A DNA stretch of 40,976 bases from Octopus bimaculoides (taxonomy: Eukaryota), in assembly GCF_001194135.2 (NCBI RefSeq), contig NC_068997.1:21837686-21878661 (forward strand), in the 5' to 3' direction. The translations under genes were made by a program, and so were the position numbers. The notes below the pieces were generated by a model. The model made no database searches and had not been told where the DNA came from. It worked only from the letters and a program-made list of their open reading frames with translations. Positions 1-11,065 of the stretch are shown here, piece after piece (within the stretch, counting starts at the first letter, position 1; each line of letters begins with the position of its first letter).

Positions 1-497
1 TTATATGTACATATTGTAGTATGTGAGTGTCAATACCTGTGGCTTTATGAGAAAGAGGGTGTGTGTATGTGTATGTCTATGTGAGTGTTCTGTGTGTATG
101 AGAGAGACGAAAGAAATAGGAAAGACACTCATCTTAATAGCTGCTTGGCAGAAAATTGGGAAAAGGAACTTTCCTATATTTTCCTAGTTAAGTCCTTTAC
201 TTTTCTTCATTGGATTTCTCATACAAAATCTTTTGTTCTTTCCAAATTACAAACGCTCGCTAGAATAGCACACACACACACACACGCAGACACACCTTCA
301 TATTACGAAAAAGTGTGTGAATGATGAAAATGATATCGAAAAAAATATATAGTTTTGTGTGAGTGGCAGAAACAATTTCGAGTGAGTGAATGAGAAATAG
401 AAAAGAAAATATGATCTAAGAGGTAAACACAAAAATACTACGTATGAGAAGAAGTACTCACGTTATGTCTCATCTTTAAATTTTATCTATATTTTCA

Positions 498-802
498 TTA
501 CATACATACATACATGCACACCCTACACGCGCACACACACATAGACATGAATATGCATATATATACATATATATATATATATATACCATATATAAACGTA
601 CGTATTTGNNNNNNNNNNTATACCATATATAAACGTACGTATTTGTGTGTTTTTTGTGGGTGTGTATATATAGATATGCATATGTGTTTGTACATGTACA
701 AATATATATCTACGTATTTGTCTATATACATTTATACATACAAGATACGTGTACATACGGACATGTATATATATATATATATAAACACCCACATATATAT
801 AG

Positions 803-873
<71 letters not shown>

Positions 874-975
874 TATATATAAATACATATATTTATATAT
901 ATACACACATACACACATATATATATATTACATATATGTATGCACGTTTATCTCTTTATCAACATATTTATTGAC
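498..975. repeat. (TA)n/(CA)n/(TACA)n low-complexity tract with a 10-N gap
   Basis: Directly visible. Representative of many similar tracts, e.g. 1250-1450, 10320-10455, 15120-15560, 36125-36205, 36835-36905 and 39500-39680. Confidence 0.95.
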
Positions 976-1385
976 ACAGTTCATTTCTCAATGTAAAGCT
1001 TTTTTTTTCCTACTGAGAACATTTTAAATACTACTTTGGTATTTGCGTAATTATTCTTGTTATTATCATCATCACTGAAATCCCCAAAAGATCTCCAACA
1101 TCTCTGCCACATAAGAAACCTACTTCGCAACACAAGTAGACATACAAATAGTTTATATTTTTAGGACGTTAATGTTGCAGATATTATTTATATAGTTACG
1201 TTTATATGTATATCTAAATAAATTTTAAATTGTATGTATATAAATATATGTATATATATTCATGTGTGTGTGCATTATGTGTTTGTATATATACTTATAT
1301 ATGTATATGCATATAAACATATGTATTTTAATTCATGTATGTAAATATGTTTATGATTTTACATATGTATGTATATATGTATATA

Positions 1386-1448
<63 letters not shown>

Positions 1449-1784
1449 GTGTGTCTGTTTTTGATTGTATTTTATTTTAATAGGAATTACACTATACAAG
1501 TAAATAGAAAATAATAAATAAATAGACATCTATGTTAAACCAGGTATATAAGAGGGGTAATGTGGTGTGATTGTTTATTTGCATATGTATGTAAAGTAAC
1601 ACTAAGATGGAACTCCTACACTCATAATTGCAAGGTTCACGATAGCAATTTTTAACCTATAGAAGTATAAATATATATATATATAATGAAGGTCATTTTT
1701 TCCGACCATGTATATTCAGCTACCAAATCATCTGAGATTTCTGGTTTATCAGATATACGTAAGTGGTTTTGTTGAGTATCTCAT

Positions 1785-1965
1785 AGGTACGTGTACCTTT
1801 AGTTCTTGGTTGGGTTCAGTATGACAAGGTGTGATAACTTTGGTTACGTTGTGAAAGCACTGGTCAATTCAAGGCTACGGAAAATGAGTCGTTCAAGATG
1901 CACCGCCGCGGAATAGAAACCAGGAACTTATGATTACAAGTTCAACTTCACATACACCTATGAAA
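1785..1965 (-). mobile_element. Degenerate tRNA-derived SINE (in-window family C), partial
   Basis: The reverse strand near 1960-1890 reads as a tRNA-like head (GAAGTTGAACTTGTAATCATAAGTTCCTGGTTTCTATTCC). A body resembling an octopus SINE, recognised from memory, follows. Boundaries approximate. Confidence 0.45.
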
Positions 1966-2039
1966 TATAAAGTTAGATACTGTGGTTGAGTTTTGCAATC
2001 TAATACAGAAAAAATAAAAAGTAGCTTTGAGAGTTTTAG

Positions 2040-2330
2040 ACTCGAGTAATCTCTGTGTCGACCAAACTATCATATGCTGTTATACACCGCTAGTCATAAT
2101 GTGCTTCTTTGTAGCGTTGTTGGCTTCAAATGATTCCACATCGCTGGCAAGGTCAGCAGCGCAACGTTACTCTAAATGAGAAGCTAGTTTGTAGCAGAGA
2201 TACACATTTAGGGGACTGAAGAAACGTGAACAGATATACTTTACTCAAGAACACCACTCACAGTCGATTTGGAAGTCGAAACCATGATCCTGCAATCATG
2301 AGTTCAACGCCCTAAGCAGCAGGCCACCAC
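2040..2330 (-). mobile_element. tRNA-derived SINE (family C)
   Basis: The reverse complement begins GTGGCCTGCTGCTTAGGGCGTTGAACTCATGATTGCAGGATCATGGTTTCGACTTCC (A-box and B-box-like), then GTGTTCTTGAGTAAAG... and a SINE body. Confidence 0.6.
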
Positions 2331-3129
2331 TTCTATACTCTAATGTAATAATAGATATAATATTATGAAGATAAAATCAAATCGTCATAATTACTGTTAT
2401 ATGTAATATTGTAATAATTATGCTGAAAATTTTATAATGAATAAAAATATTACTAATATTACTACACATAGTAACAAATAATATTTTAACCATTGTGTAA
2501 TTTATTGTATCTAGCATGTAAAAATGCCACAGGAATAAGAATTATTTGTGCTAAGAGACATAAAAGATGGACAGGAATCGATGTACATATATATATATAT
2601 GTACATACATACATACCTAGATATGTATGTATATATATATATATATATATATATNNNNNNNNNNNNNNNNNNNNNNNNNNNNNNNNNNNNNNNNNNNNNN
2701 NNNNNNNNNNNNNNNNNNNNNNNNNNNNNNNNNNNNNNNNNNNNNNNNNNNNNNNNNNNNNNNNNNNNNNNNNNNNNNNNNNNNNNNNNNNNNNNNNNNN
2801 NNNNNNNNNNNNNNNNNNNNNNNNNNNNNNNNNNNNNNNNNNNNNNNNNNNNNNNNNNNNNNNNNNNNNNNNNNNNNNNNNNNNNNNNNNNNNNNNNNNN
2901 NNNNNNNNNNNNNNNNNNNNNNNNNNNNNNNNNNNNNNNNNNNNNNNNNNNNNNNNNNNNNNNNNNNNNNNNNNNNNNNNNNNNNNNNNNNNNNNNNNNN
3001 NNNNNNNNNNNNNNNNNNNNNNNNNNNNNNNNNNNNNNNNNNNNNNNNNNNNNNNNNNNNNNNNNNNNNNNNNNNNNNNNNNNNNNNNNNNNNNNNNNNN
3101 NNNNNNNNNNNNNNNNNNNNNNNNNNNNN

Positions 3130-3167
<38 letters not shown>

Positions 3168-3229
3168 GTAAGCACATAAATGAAAATCAAGGTGGAGAAA
3201 AATAGTACTTGAATTCCAAAAGTAGAGGG

Positions 3230-3415
3230 ATATGCTTTTACTAAAGCTGCAAAAATTTTCCGAAACTGTTACTCAGTTTCACGTTCCCGTTCGTTCCCGT
3301 TCGTCGGACAATTCTGATGAATACTGTTGTATTCATTACAGCTTTCCGACGAGCGAGAACATGAAACTTTGCGTAACAGTTTTGTGGAACTTTTGCAGCT
3401 TGAATAGAAGCATAT
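3230..3415. mobile_element. Foldback palindrome / MITE-like element (~186 bp imperfect hairpin)
   Basis: The left arm ATATGCTTTTACTAAAGCTGCAAAA...GATGAATAC pairs with the right arm GTATTCAT...TTTTGCAGCTTGAATAGAAGCATAT around a TGTT loop. TA dinucleotides lie at both ends. Confidence 0.75.
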
Positions 3416-3601
3416 AAGTATACGCATGTACGCTTGTATGAATACATTTATATATATATATATATAGGCATTCATATTTATTCATGCACACACACACACA
3501 CACACATATGTAGAAAGGAAAGGAGATAAATGCATACCCACATACATATGTCTATTTATATTGCTATGTGCCACACCAAATCATGCGATGATGATAATGA
3601 C

Positions 3602-3648
<47 letters not shown>

Positions 3649-3983
3649 TCATTATTATTGCAAATATTAATTTTACTCATGNNNNNNNNNNNNNNNNNNN
3701 NNNNNNNNNNNNNNNNNNNNNNNNNNNNNNNNNNNNNNNNNNNNNNNNNNNNNNNNNNNNNNNNNNNNNNNNNNNNNNNNNNNNNNNNNNNNNNNNNNNN
3801 NNNNNNNNNNNNNNNNNNNNNNNNNNNNNNNNNNNNNNNNNNNNNNNNNNNNNNNNNNNNNNNNNNNNNNNNNNNNNNNNNNNNNNNNNNNNNNNNNNNN
3901 NNNNNNNNNNNNNNNNNNNNNNNNNNNNNNNNNNNNNNNNNNNNNNNNNNNNNNNNNNNNNNNNNNNNNNNNNNNNNNNNNNN

Positions 3984-4016
<33 letters not shown>

Positions 4017-4520
4017 ATGATCGTTACGTCCATTATTTTGACCAATTCTGTTTCATAGCAGAATCGTTACCAAATCATTATTTGTCTCCAGTTCTATGTA
4101 TTGAGTAAAAAAAAAAAAAAAAAAAAACTATGGGGAAAAACAACTTAATTGTGTCTTGTTGTTATTTTCTGTATTTTTATCATCTGAAGGAGAAATTGTT
4201 TCCTCTTGTTTCATTCGCAAAACACTTGTACAAGTTTCGGTTAATCGATAAACGATCGAAAATTACCGAGAATTGTTTCTTTGCAGCTCTTTTTAATTTT
4301 AGGACTGATGAATAACAAACATAACAATATAGTTTTTGACGGGAAGAAAACGAAATATATGTCGCTTGTTTTAAATTGATTTTTATAATTTTCATGATTA
4401 AAAAAAAATTCTTTTTATGCATTTCAGCCCAAAGTCTGTGGCCATCCTGCGGCACCGTCTGTATCATCACCTTTTCAATGAGAGAATTTGATAATGTATA
4501 TTATCTATATATTTTTAAAA

Positions 4521-4635
4521 CTTTTACTTGTTTCAGTCATTGGACTGTGGCCATACTATAGTAATGCCTTCAGATGTTTTAGTCGGACAAATTGATCATA
4601 GCACTTATGCTTTCCTTTTTAAGTCTGATAATACA
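4521..4635 (-). mobile_element. SINE family A, 3' tail fragment
   Basis: CTTTTACTTGTTTCAGTCATTGGACTGTGGCCATACT is the reverse complement of the tail of the copies at 9068-9567 and 23159-23523. Confidence 0.7.
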
Positions 4636-4670
4636 AATTTATGGAGGCGTAAACAAACCAACATCGATTA

Positions 4671-5778
4671 CGCTGGTTTACAAAATTTTATTTTGCTCGG
4701 AGGCAAAGATATGAATACGTGTTTTTTTTATTTTACTAATTTTGATGTGGTGAATTCAATTTTCTGAACGGTTTCGCACTATCACTTCTAGTTGTTTTAC
4801 TTTCACATATCCCATTTTAAATATATTGCATATGAATTCAAAATATAATGTACGTATTTCATCTGTTACAAAGGCATATTACAGAGAGAAAAAAACTGCA
4901 TAGATACAGAACATTCATGGAACTAATTTACTTGGATAATACAATACACACATATCATAGTACAGCAGACGGTTAGAAGTGAGTTTTCTGAACGATCTTG
5001 TGCACTTTGCCTCTGGGATGTCATGCGAGACCATCCAGCAAAAGTACCCTATCATACTGGGGTTCCACTTTCCTTGGAAGTTGCTCTCCATCTCAGTAAT
5101 AATTTGGTAGAACCTTTCTCCATGCTCATCAATCACTGCTCCACGATTTGGAGGGATGAATTTGAGGTGGGAGTGGAGAAAGTAAATTTTGATTAACATT
5201 CGGCATTCCATATCCTCATAAGACAGTAACAACTTCTCGATACACTCTTGCTAATCTGGTACCCGTGTGATAGCAAGGAAGCCATGGCAGATTGACTTAA
5301 ATGCTACCCATGCTCTCAATTTCTTTAAGGTAAGAAGCTCCTCAAAGGCCTCATCCTTCAACACCTCTCGGATCTGATGTCCGGCGAAGATGCCCTCCTT
5401 GATCTTAGCAGAACTCCGAGCATGGGACCAGATTATACAAGTGTTGGAAGGCGGGGCTATTATTGTCCATGGCCTTCGCAAAATTCATCAAGCTTGATAT
5501 GAAGAGGAGGTAACATGTAGCAGAATGAATTTGCCTTCATTCATCCTCGGTGTTTTGAAGTGCCTGAAGCCATTGTAGAGATATGTATCACGTATCACAA
5601 AACAATATAAAAATTGATTATATATATGGTCACTTGACTTGTCGCAAAATAATAATAATGTATATGTCAAAAATTAAAGGTGATAAGTGAAAACTGGTTT
5701 TGTATCTGAAATCAGCACCCCAAAATTAGGCTAGAAGAACTAATTTTATGTTTGCCTCAATTTCTCTGTAAACCAGTG
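4671..5778 (-). mobile_element. Chapaev3-like (CMC superfamily) DNA transposon, internally deleted, non-autonomous
   Basis: Termini CGCTGGTTTACA (4671) and TGTAAACCAGTG (5778) are flanked by TTA on both sides. Subterminal inverted repeats lie at 4736-4787 and 5677-5729. The minus strand carries a transposase C-terminus. Confidence 0.85.
4915..5481 (-). pseudogene. Frameshifted C-terminal fragment of a Chapaev3-type transposase
   Basis: ORF 5481-5251 gives AKIKEGIFAGHQIREVLKDEAF..AWVAFKSICHGFL. ORF 5232-4915 gives KIYFLHSHLKFIPPNRGAVIDEHGERFYQ..QGKWNPSMIGYFCW. Together they match the HFLHSH / DEHGERFHQD / QGxW..M..YCW signature of this family. Confidence 0.85.
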
Positions 5779-5825
5779 TTATCAATCACTGACAGGATGT
5801 TTCTAACAAACGCAGATACAAAGAA

Positions 5826-5866
<41 letters not shown>

Positions 5867-6057
5867 ATTATATAGTAATAACGAAAACTTTTGGATGGAA
5901 ATTCATTAATCCTTCAATGCATTGCTACGCACGTTTCCACAAATGACATGTTTTTGTTGCGGCAATCCCCATCCATAGAATATTACAAATATGATTTGTA
6001 GTATCCTATGTGTTTGTGTGTGTATGTGTGTGTGTGTGCGTGCGTGTGTGCGTGTGT

Positions 6058-6198
6058 ACGATTGGTTTTCCACACATTCCTTCTACAAATTCACTCACAA
6101 GCATTGGCCTGTCCGGGAATATAATGGAAGACACAGTAGGATTGAACCTGAAACCGCGTGATTGCAATACAAGCTTCTTAACCATACAGTCACGCCTG
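6058..6198 (-). mobile_element. SINE family A, 5' half (tRNA-like head)
   Basis: The reverse complement CAGGCGTGACTGTATGGTTAAGAAGCTTGTATTGCAATCACGCGGTTTCAGGTTCAATCC matches the head at 9068 and runs into the internal (TG)n tract. Confidence 0.7.
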
Positions 6199-8769
6199 TA
6201 TCTAAAGCATATTTAATTCGAAAATCGTTACTAATACATCTTTTGTAGAGATTTAAAAAAATAGTTACTGATGTTTTATATGGAATAGAAAATTCAATGA
6301 AATTCTTCCTTTAACAAACTGACTTACTGTAGTTTCTTGAAAGATAGTCAATATATAACTTGAATGTAAACGTCTGTAGAGACACTTTTATATTAATTGT
6401 AAGTATTTATTTAAGCATACAAGTGATTAGATTTACTCATGTTTATCTTCTTGGTTTTCCACGGAGTTCTGCTGAATGCAAATATGATTTAGGATCTATA
6501 CATGCTTTATTTTTGTTTATATTGTTGGCATTTTTAGTCCTTGATCGACGGTACTGCAGAAACTGTAGCTTAACCAACTTTGCCGTGCCTGAGCTATTTT
6601 CAGAACAAGTGTCTAGCCCCAAGTACATTTACATTTCTCAACTCTTTCATACGCCACGAAGGAAACACAAGTCAGCACATTTGTTTCATATTCAGAGCCG
6701 TCGAGGATGACAAATATTGCTTAAGTATAACCGTACATATTTGCCTTAGGCGTTACTAATTTAACCTTTTTAAAACACTTGATATATTACCTCACAAGGC
6801 ATCACGTTTATACTATTACAGTGGGTATGGTTTGTGTATGGCCAGTCGCAATCGAATTTCGTTCAACTTGTATTGGTTTGGTTTGGTGCAGCAAGTATCA
6901 CATACCCAGGAGCATTCCAGATGCAGGATTTGTATGGAGTTAACTTCCCTTAGATTATCAGTTATAGAATTGAAGAGCATCGTTTGTCCTGAGTTTGTTC
7001 AGGAGTCTATAAGTAACTACCGAAGTATTCGTCATACAAGTCGAATTTTTCAAACAAAATTTAACAGCCAAAGAAAGGTAAGCAGAACAAAGACGATGCT
7101 GGAGGACAAAAAATTCTGTGAAATGCAGGAAGATTTGGAAAGGTGGCAACAATATTTGAATGTTTACACTAAGGGTTTAAACTATGTGATTACGTCGGCT
7201 TATAATGTCAGAAAGTGCAGTATGTGTAACGACAATGAATTATAAGGCGATTCGTTTATTCACATGTTATAGAGACATATTCCTTTCATGTGCAGGTTTC
7301 TTATGTACCATGTATTACATGCTACCAGCCTTGATATTACATGAAATATCAATAATTGTTGAATGAGGTAAGCTAGTGTTGCGTTGAGATTGACTTTCGA
7401 CATCATTCATAAGCCCAAATCAAATGATGAAATGAATTAGACATAAAGTGAAACAGCATTTATTTCAGACGATCCAATACAACAATACAATGTACGTATA
7501 TATATATATATATATATATATNNNNNNNNNNNNNNNNNNNNNNNNNNNNNNNNNNNNNNNNNNNNNNNNNNNNNNNNNNNNNNNNNNNNNNNNNNNNNNN
7601 NNNNNNNNNNNNNNNNNNNNNNNNNNNNNNNNNNNNNNNNNNNNNNNNNNNNNNNNNNNNNNNNNNNNNNNNNNNNNNNNNNNNNNNNNNNNNNNNNNNN
7701 NNNNNNNNNNNNNNNNNNNNNNNNNNNNNNNNNNNNNNNNNNNNNNNNNNNNNNNNNNNNNNNNNNNNNNNNNNNNNNNNNNNNNNNNNNNNNNNNNNNN
7801 NNNNNNNNNNNNNNNNNNNNNNNNNNNNNNNNNNNNNNNNNNNNNNNNNNNNNNNNNNNNNNNNNNNNNNNNNNNNNNNNNNNNNNNNNNNNNNNNNNNN
7901 NNNNNNNNNNNNNNNNNNNNNNNNNNNNNNNNNNNNNNNNNNNNNNNNNNNNNNNNNNNNNNNNNNNNNNNNNNNNNNNNNNNNNNNNNNNNNNNNNNNN
8001 ATATATATATATATAATAGACCTTTCAAGTTTCGGCTTCAATATTAATTGTTAATCACCTATTTGTTTTTTTTGTTTTTGAGTTTCTGATGATGTGTTTG
8101 CTCCATGCGTTTACCCTGTGCATCTATAGGCTGCATCAGTAGTGTGACTTCATGTGTTTCTGAATATTAAATCATTTGTAACAGCTGGAATGAAGGAGTG
8201 CTAAGTTATGCCCCAAGTGTTTTGTTTCTCTTATTATGCTGTGCTCTTTGTACATGTGTATGCATATAAGCATACATACATACAAACATACACACACACA
8301 TACATATAAGTATATTCATATATATGTACATGTATGCACTTGTGTGTGTGAGTTTGTCAGTATGTATATAAATGTTATTAGTGTAGCACACACATAGATA
8401 CACACACATATGCATATGTGCGAGAGTGTATGTGTGTATGTTGTAATATAAAGGCGTGAACAGTACCGTCTTTACTTGATTTAGTTATTTTAAACAAAAC
8501 AGACATTGTCTGACTCTAATGTTTACTATTGAGGTCACATATGGTGTAAAAATATTCCATAGGCTTGCGTTCCATCGAGATGCACGATTCTACGTTATAC
8601 TAATTCTTATAAACATAATTGATTGCTTTTTAATGCAATTTACTTAAGAACAAACAAGAACAGTGTGTAGAAAGCATATAAACACATACATACACACACA
8701 CACACGCACATACATATGTATGTGTTTGNNNNNNNNNNTATGTGTGTGTGTGTGTGTGTGTGTGTTTAT

Positions 8770-8970
8770 ATTTGCTTTTTTCAGATATTAAACCATGACT
8801 ATGTTGAGATACTGCCTCGCAGAGGTTTACCCGATTGGTTCGACTCCTATACGAGTAATTGAATCTGTTGATTATTTCAAGGGTCGCATAACCTTGACCG
8901 CTAAGTTGCGACGGTGTAAACCAATCAACACCGGTTGTCAAACAGTGGATAACGGACGGACACGGGCACA
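8770..8970 (-). mobile_element. SINE family A, 3' half, diverged
   Basis: The reverse complement CCACTGTTTGACAACCGGTGTTGATTGGTTTACACCGTCGCAACTTAGCGG matches the body at 23340-23390 and is followed by a degenerate tail. Confidence 0.7.
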
Positions 8971-8982
8971 ATGACGGATGCG

Positions 8983-9060
8983 ATACAATTCTTCAAGGCG
9001 GTGCCCAAGTATGGCCGCAGGCTGACGCCTGAAAAAAATAAATGTATAAAGGATAAAGAT
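8983..9060 (+). mobile_element. SINE family A / CR1-type 3' tail fragment
   Basis: TTCTTCAAGGCGGTGCCCAAGTATGGCCGCAGGCTGACGCCTGAAAAAAATAAA resembles the tails at 9512-9567 and 23455-23523. Confidence 0.65.
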
Positions 9061-9067
9061 ATTTATA

Positions 9068-9184
9068 GGCGCAGGCGTAGTTGTGTGACAAAAAAAGCTT
9101 GCTTCCCAACCGGGTTCATTCCCACTGCGTGGCACCTTGGGCAAGTGTCTTTTACAATAGCCTCCGACTGACCAAAGTCCGCCG

Positions 9185-9226
<42 letters not shown>

Positions 9227-9259
9227 AGTGTGTGTGTGTGTGTGTGTGTGTTTATCTCA

Positions 9260-9295
<36 letters not shown>

Positions 9296-9567
9296 TAGAT
9301 AGATAGATAGATATATACATACGCATATACATATATCTGTGTGTGTGAGTGCGTATATATTTTTGTGTCTGAATTTGTTCCCGCACCACCGCTTGATAAC
9401 AGATGTTGGTATATTTATGCCCCCGAAACTTAGCGTTTTGGCATAAAAGACCGATAGAATAAGTACTAGGCTTACAAAGAATAAGTCCTAGGGTCGATTT
9501 GTTCGACTACAGGCGGTGCGGCAGCGTGGCCGCAGTCAAATGACTGAAAGAAGAAAAAGAATAAAAA
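9068..9567 (+). mobile_element. Near full-length tRNA-derived SINE (family A) with internal (TA)n/(TG)n/(TAGA)n microsatellite
   Basis: Head GGCGCAGGCGTAGTTGTGTG...GGGTTCATTCCCACTGCG, then GGCACCTTGGGCAAGTGTC, an internal microsatellite, the body ACCGATAGAATAAGTACTAGG..GGGTCGATTTGTTCGACT, and the tail GGCGGTGC..TGACTGAAAGAAGAAAAAGAATAAAA. Several related copies occur in the window. Confidence 0.85.
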
Positions 9568-9800
9568 AATATAGAACACACACTAGACTTTATTGTATTT
9601 CTTAAACTAATTTACATATTGTGTCTTTGTAAACAGCTTAATTATATAATTGCAGCTAACCAGACGCCAGCCGCGATGTTGTAAGTTTTTGTACTTTCTC
9701 TCGCGCCTTCTCTAATTGTTTTAGGCATTTAGTTATTCGCGAGCTCATGATAACTTCTCACTTTCCCAACTTTGGCACTTCTATCTAGCATATGACCGTT

Positions 9801-9848
<48 letters not shown>

Positions 9849-9858
9849 NNNNNNNNNN

Positions 9859-9903
<45 letters not shown>

Positions 9904-10390
9904 GGGGAGAGAAAGACAGAGAGACAGAGAACTGCACAAGCAGATGGGTATCCGTTTTCAGTTGAGTAAATTAGAGTAACGTGAAATGAAGTACCTCTTT
10001 CGAGGATAGACAAAACACGTCACCAATTATAAAGCAAAATATGGGGCAAATTAGCATTTACGAGTAAGTTCTTCCTTGTGTAAGACATAAATAGATATTT
10101 ACTATAGGCTTTCTTGGTGGTCAGCAGAATAAGGGGTGGGGACGGGTGGTATTTGCTTTTAGATGATGATAGGTTGCTTGAAACGTATATCAAGGCAATC
10201 TCCGTTATTTTAATGCATAAGAAGAAACAAAGCATCCCAACCCACTCAAACACATACTCTCTATCTTTCACACACGTACACACGGATTTTCACATATGTG
10301 TGGACACGCGCATACACTCACATATCCTTCATATACATATATATATGAGCAAGCAAATATGCATAAATATATACATACATGCATACATAC

Positions 10391-10456
<66 letters not shown>

Positions 10457-11004
10457 GCCTGTGTGGTGTATATGTACGAGCAGAAAGAATTTAGATGGTG
10501 TTAAGTATCATACCAGTGCTCTATGGAAGGAATTTACCTCAATTACTGGATGCCATGCTCTCCATCTTGAAGCACACCTATCGGATACCAGACATAAGAT
10601 CTTATTTAGATCATGTACTTTTTTTTGTTATATTGTATGCTCCATAGACAATTGTTTTTTTTTTGTTTTTTTTTTATAATTACAAATTCTATTTTTGTTA
10701 TCAATACGTATGGCAGAAACAGTTGGAAGAAATTGCTGAATATGAACAGTAATATGTGTAGTTCAACCACACATCTGCCCTACTGTAATTGACTTTCGGT
10801 CAAAGGTGTTCTTGACTTTTAATCCTCCTTTAGTTATTATTGTGTTTTAAAATGTTGCATTTAAAAATATTATATAAGAATACTGAATGTAAGAGAGTGG
10901 ACACAATACATGCCCCAGAAGAGTATAGTTATATGGATTAAGGTGGTGATCCACACTGTCTCAGCTTTATAAACTTGAATATGTTTATGATCCGAGATGT
11001 GAGG

Positions 11005-11065
11005 ACTTGGTGGTCGCTCAGTCGCTAAAAATATCAACTAAATCGCCATCAAATCATGTTTCTCC
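11005..11065 (-). mobile_element. SINE family D tail fragment
   Basis: GGTCGCTCAGTCGCTAAAAATATCAACTAAATCGCCATCAAATCA resembles the reverse complement of 33600-33650 and 34640-34670. Confidence 0.4.

Noticed and set aside
581-645. 26-bp direct repeat ATACCATATATAAACGTACGTATTTG on both sides of a 10-N gap
   Set aside because: Most likely an unmerged contig overlap (assembly artefact), not a biological duplication.
498-1480. YIYI/CVCV/THTH-type ORFs here and throughout
   Set aside because: They are translations of (TA)n, (TG)n and (CA)n microsatellites, which lack stop codons.
6832-7245. 137-aa ORF with KVSRTKT and MQEDLERWQQ segments faintly like an RTE/CR1 reverse transcriptase
   Set aside because: No YADD/FADD motif, and the segments are in the wrong order for an RT. 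A strong donor (AAG|GTAAGC near 7077) exists, but no product is recognisable.
9068-9135. tRNA gene calls for SINE heads (also 2270-2330, 6140-6198, 15971-16050)
   Set aside because: Only degenerate A/B boxes, no complete cloverleaf, and each continues into a SINE body.
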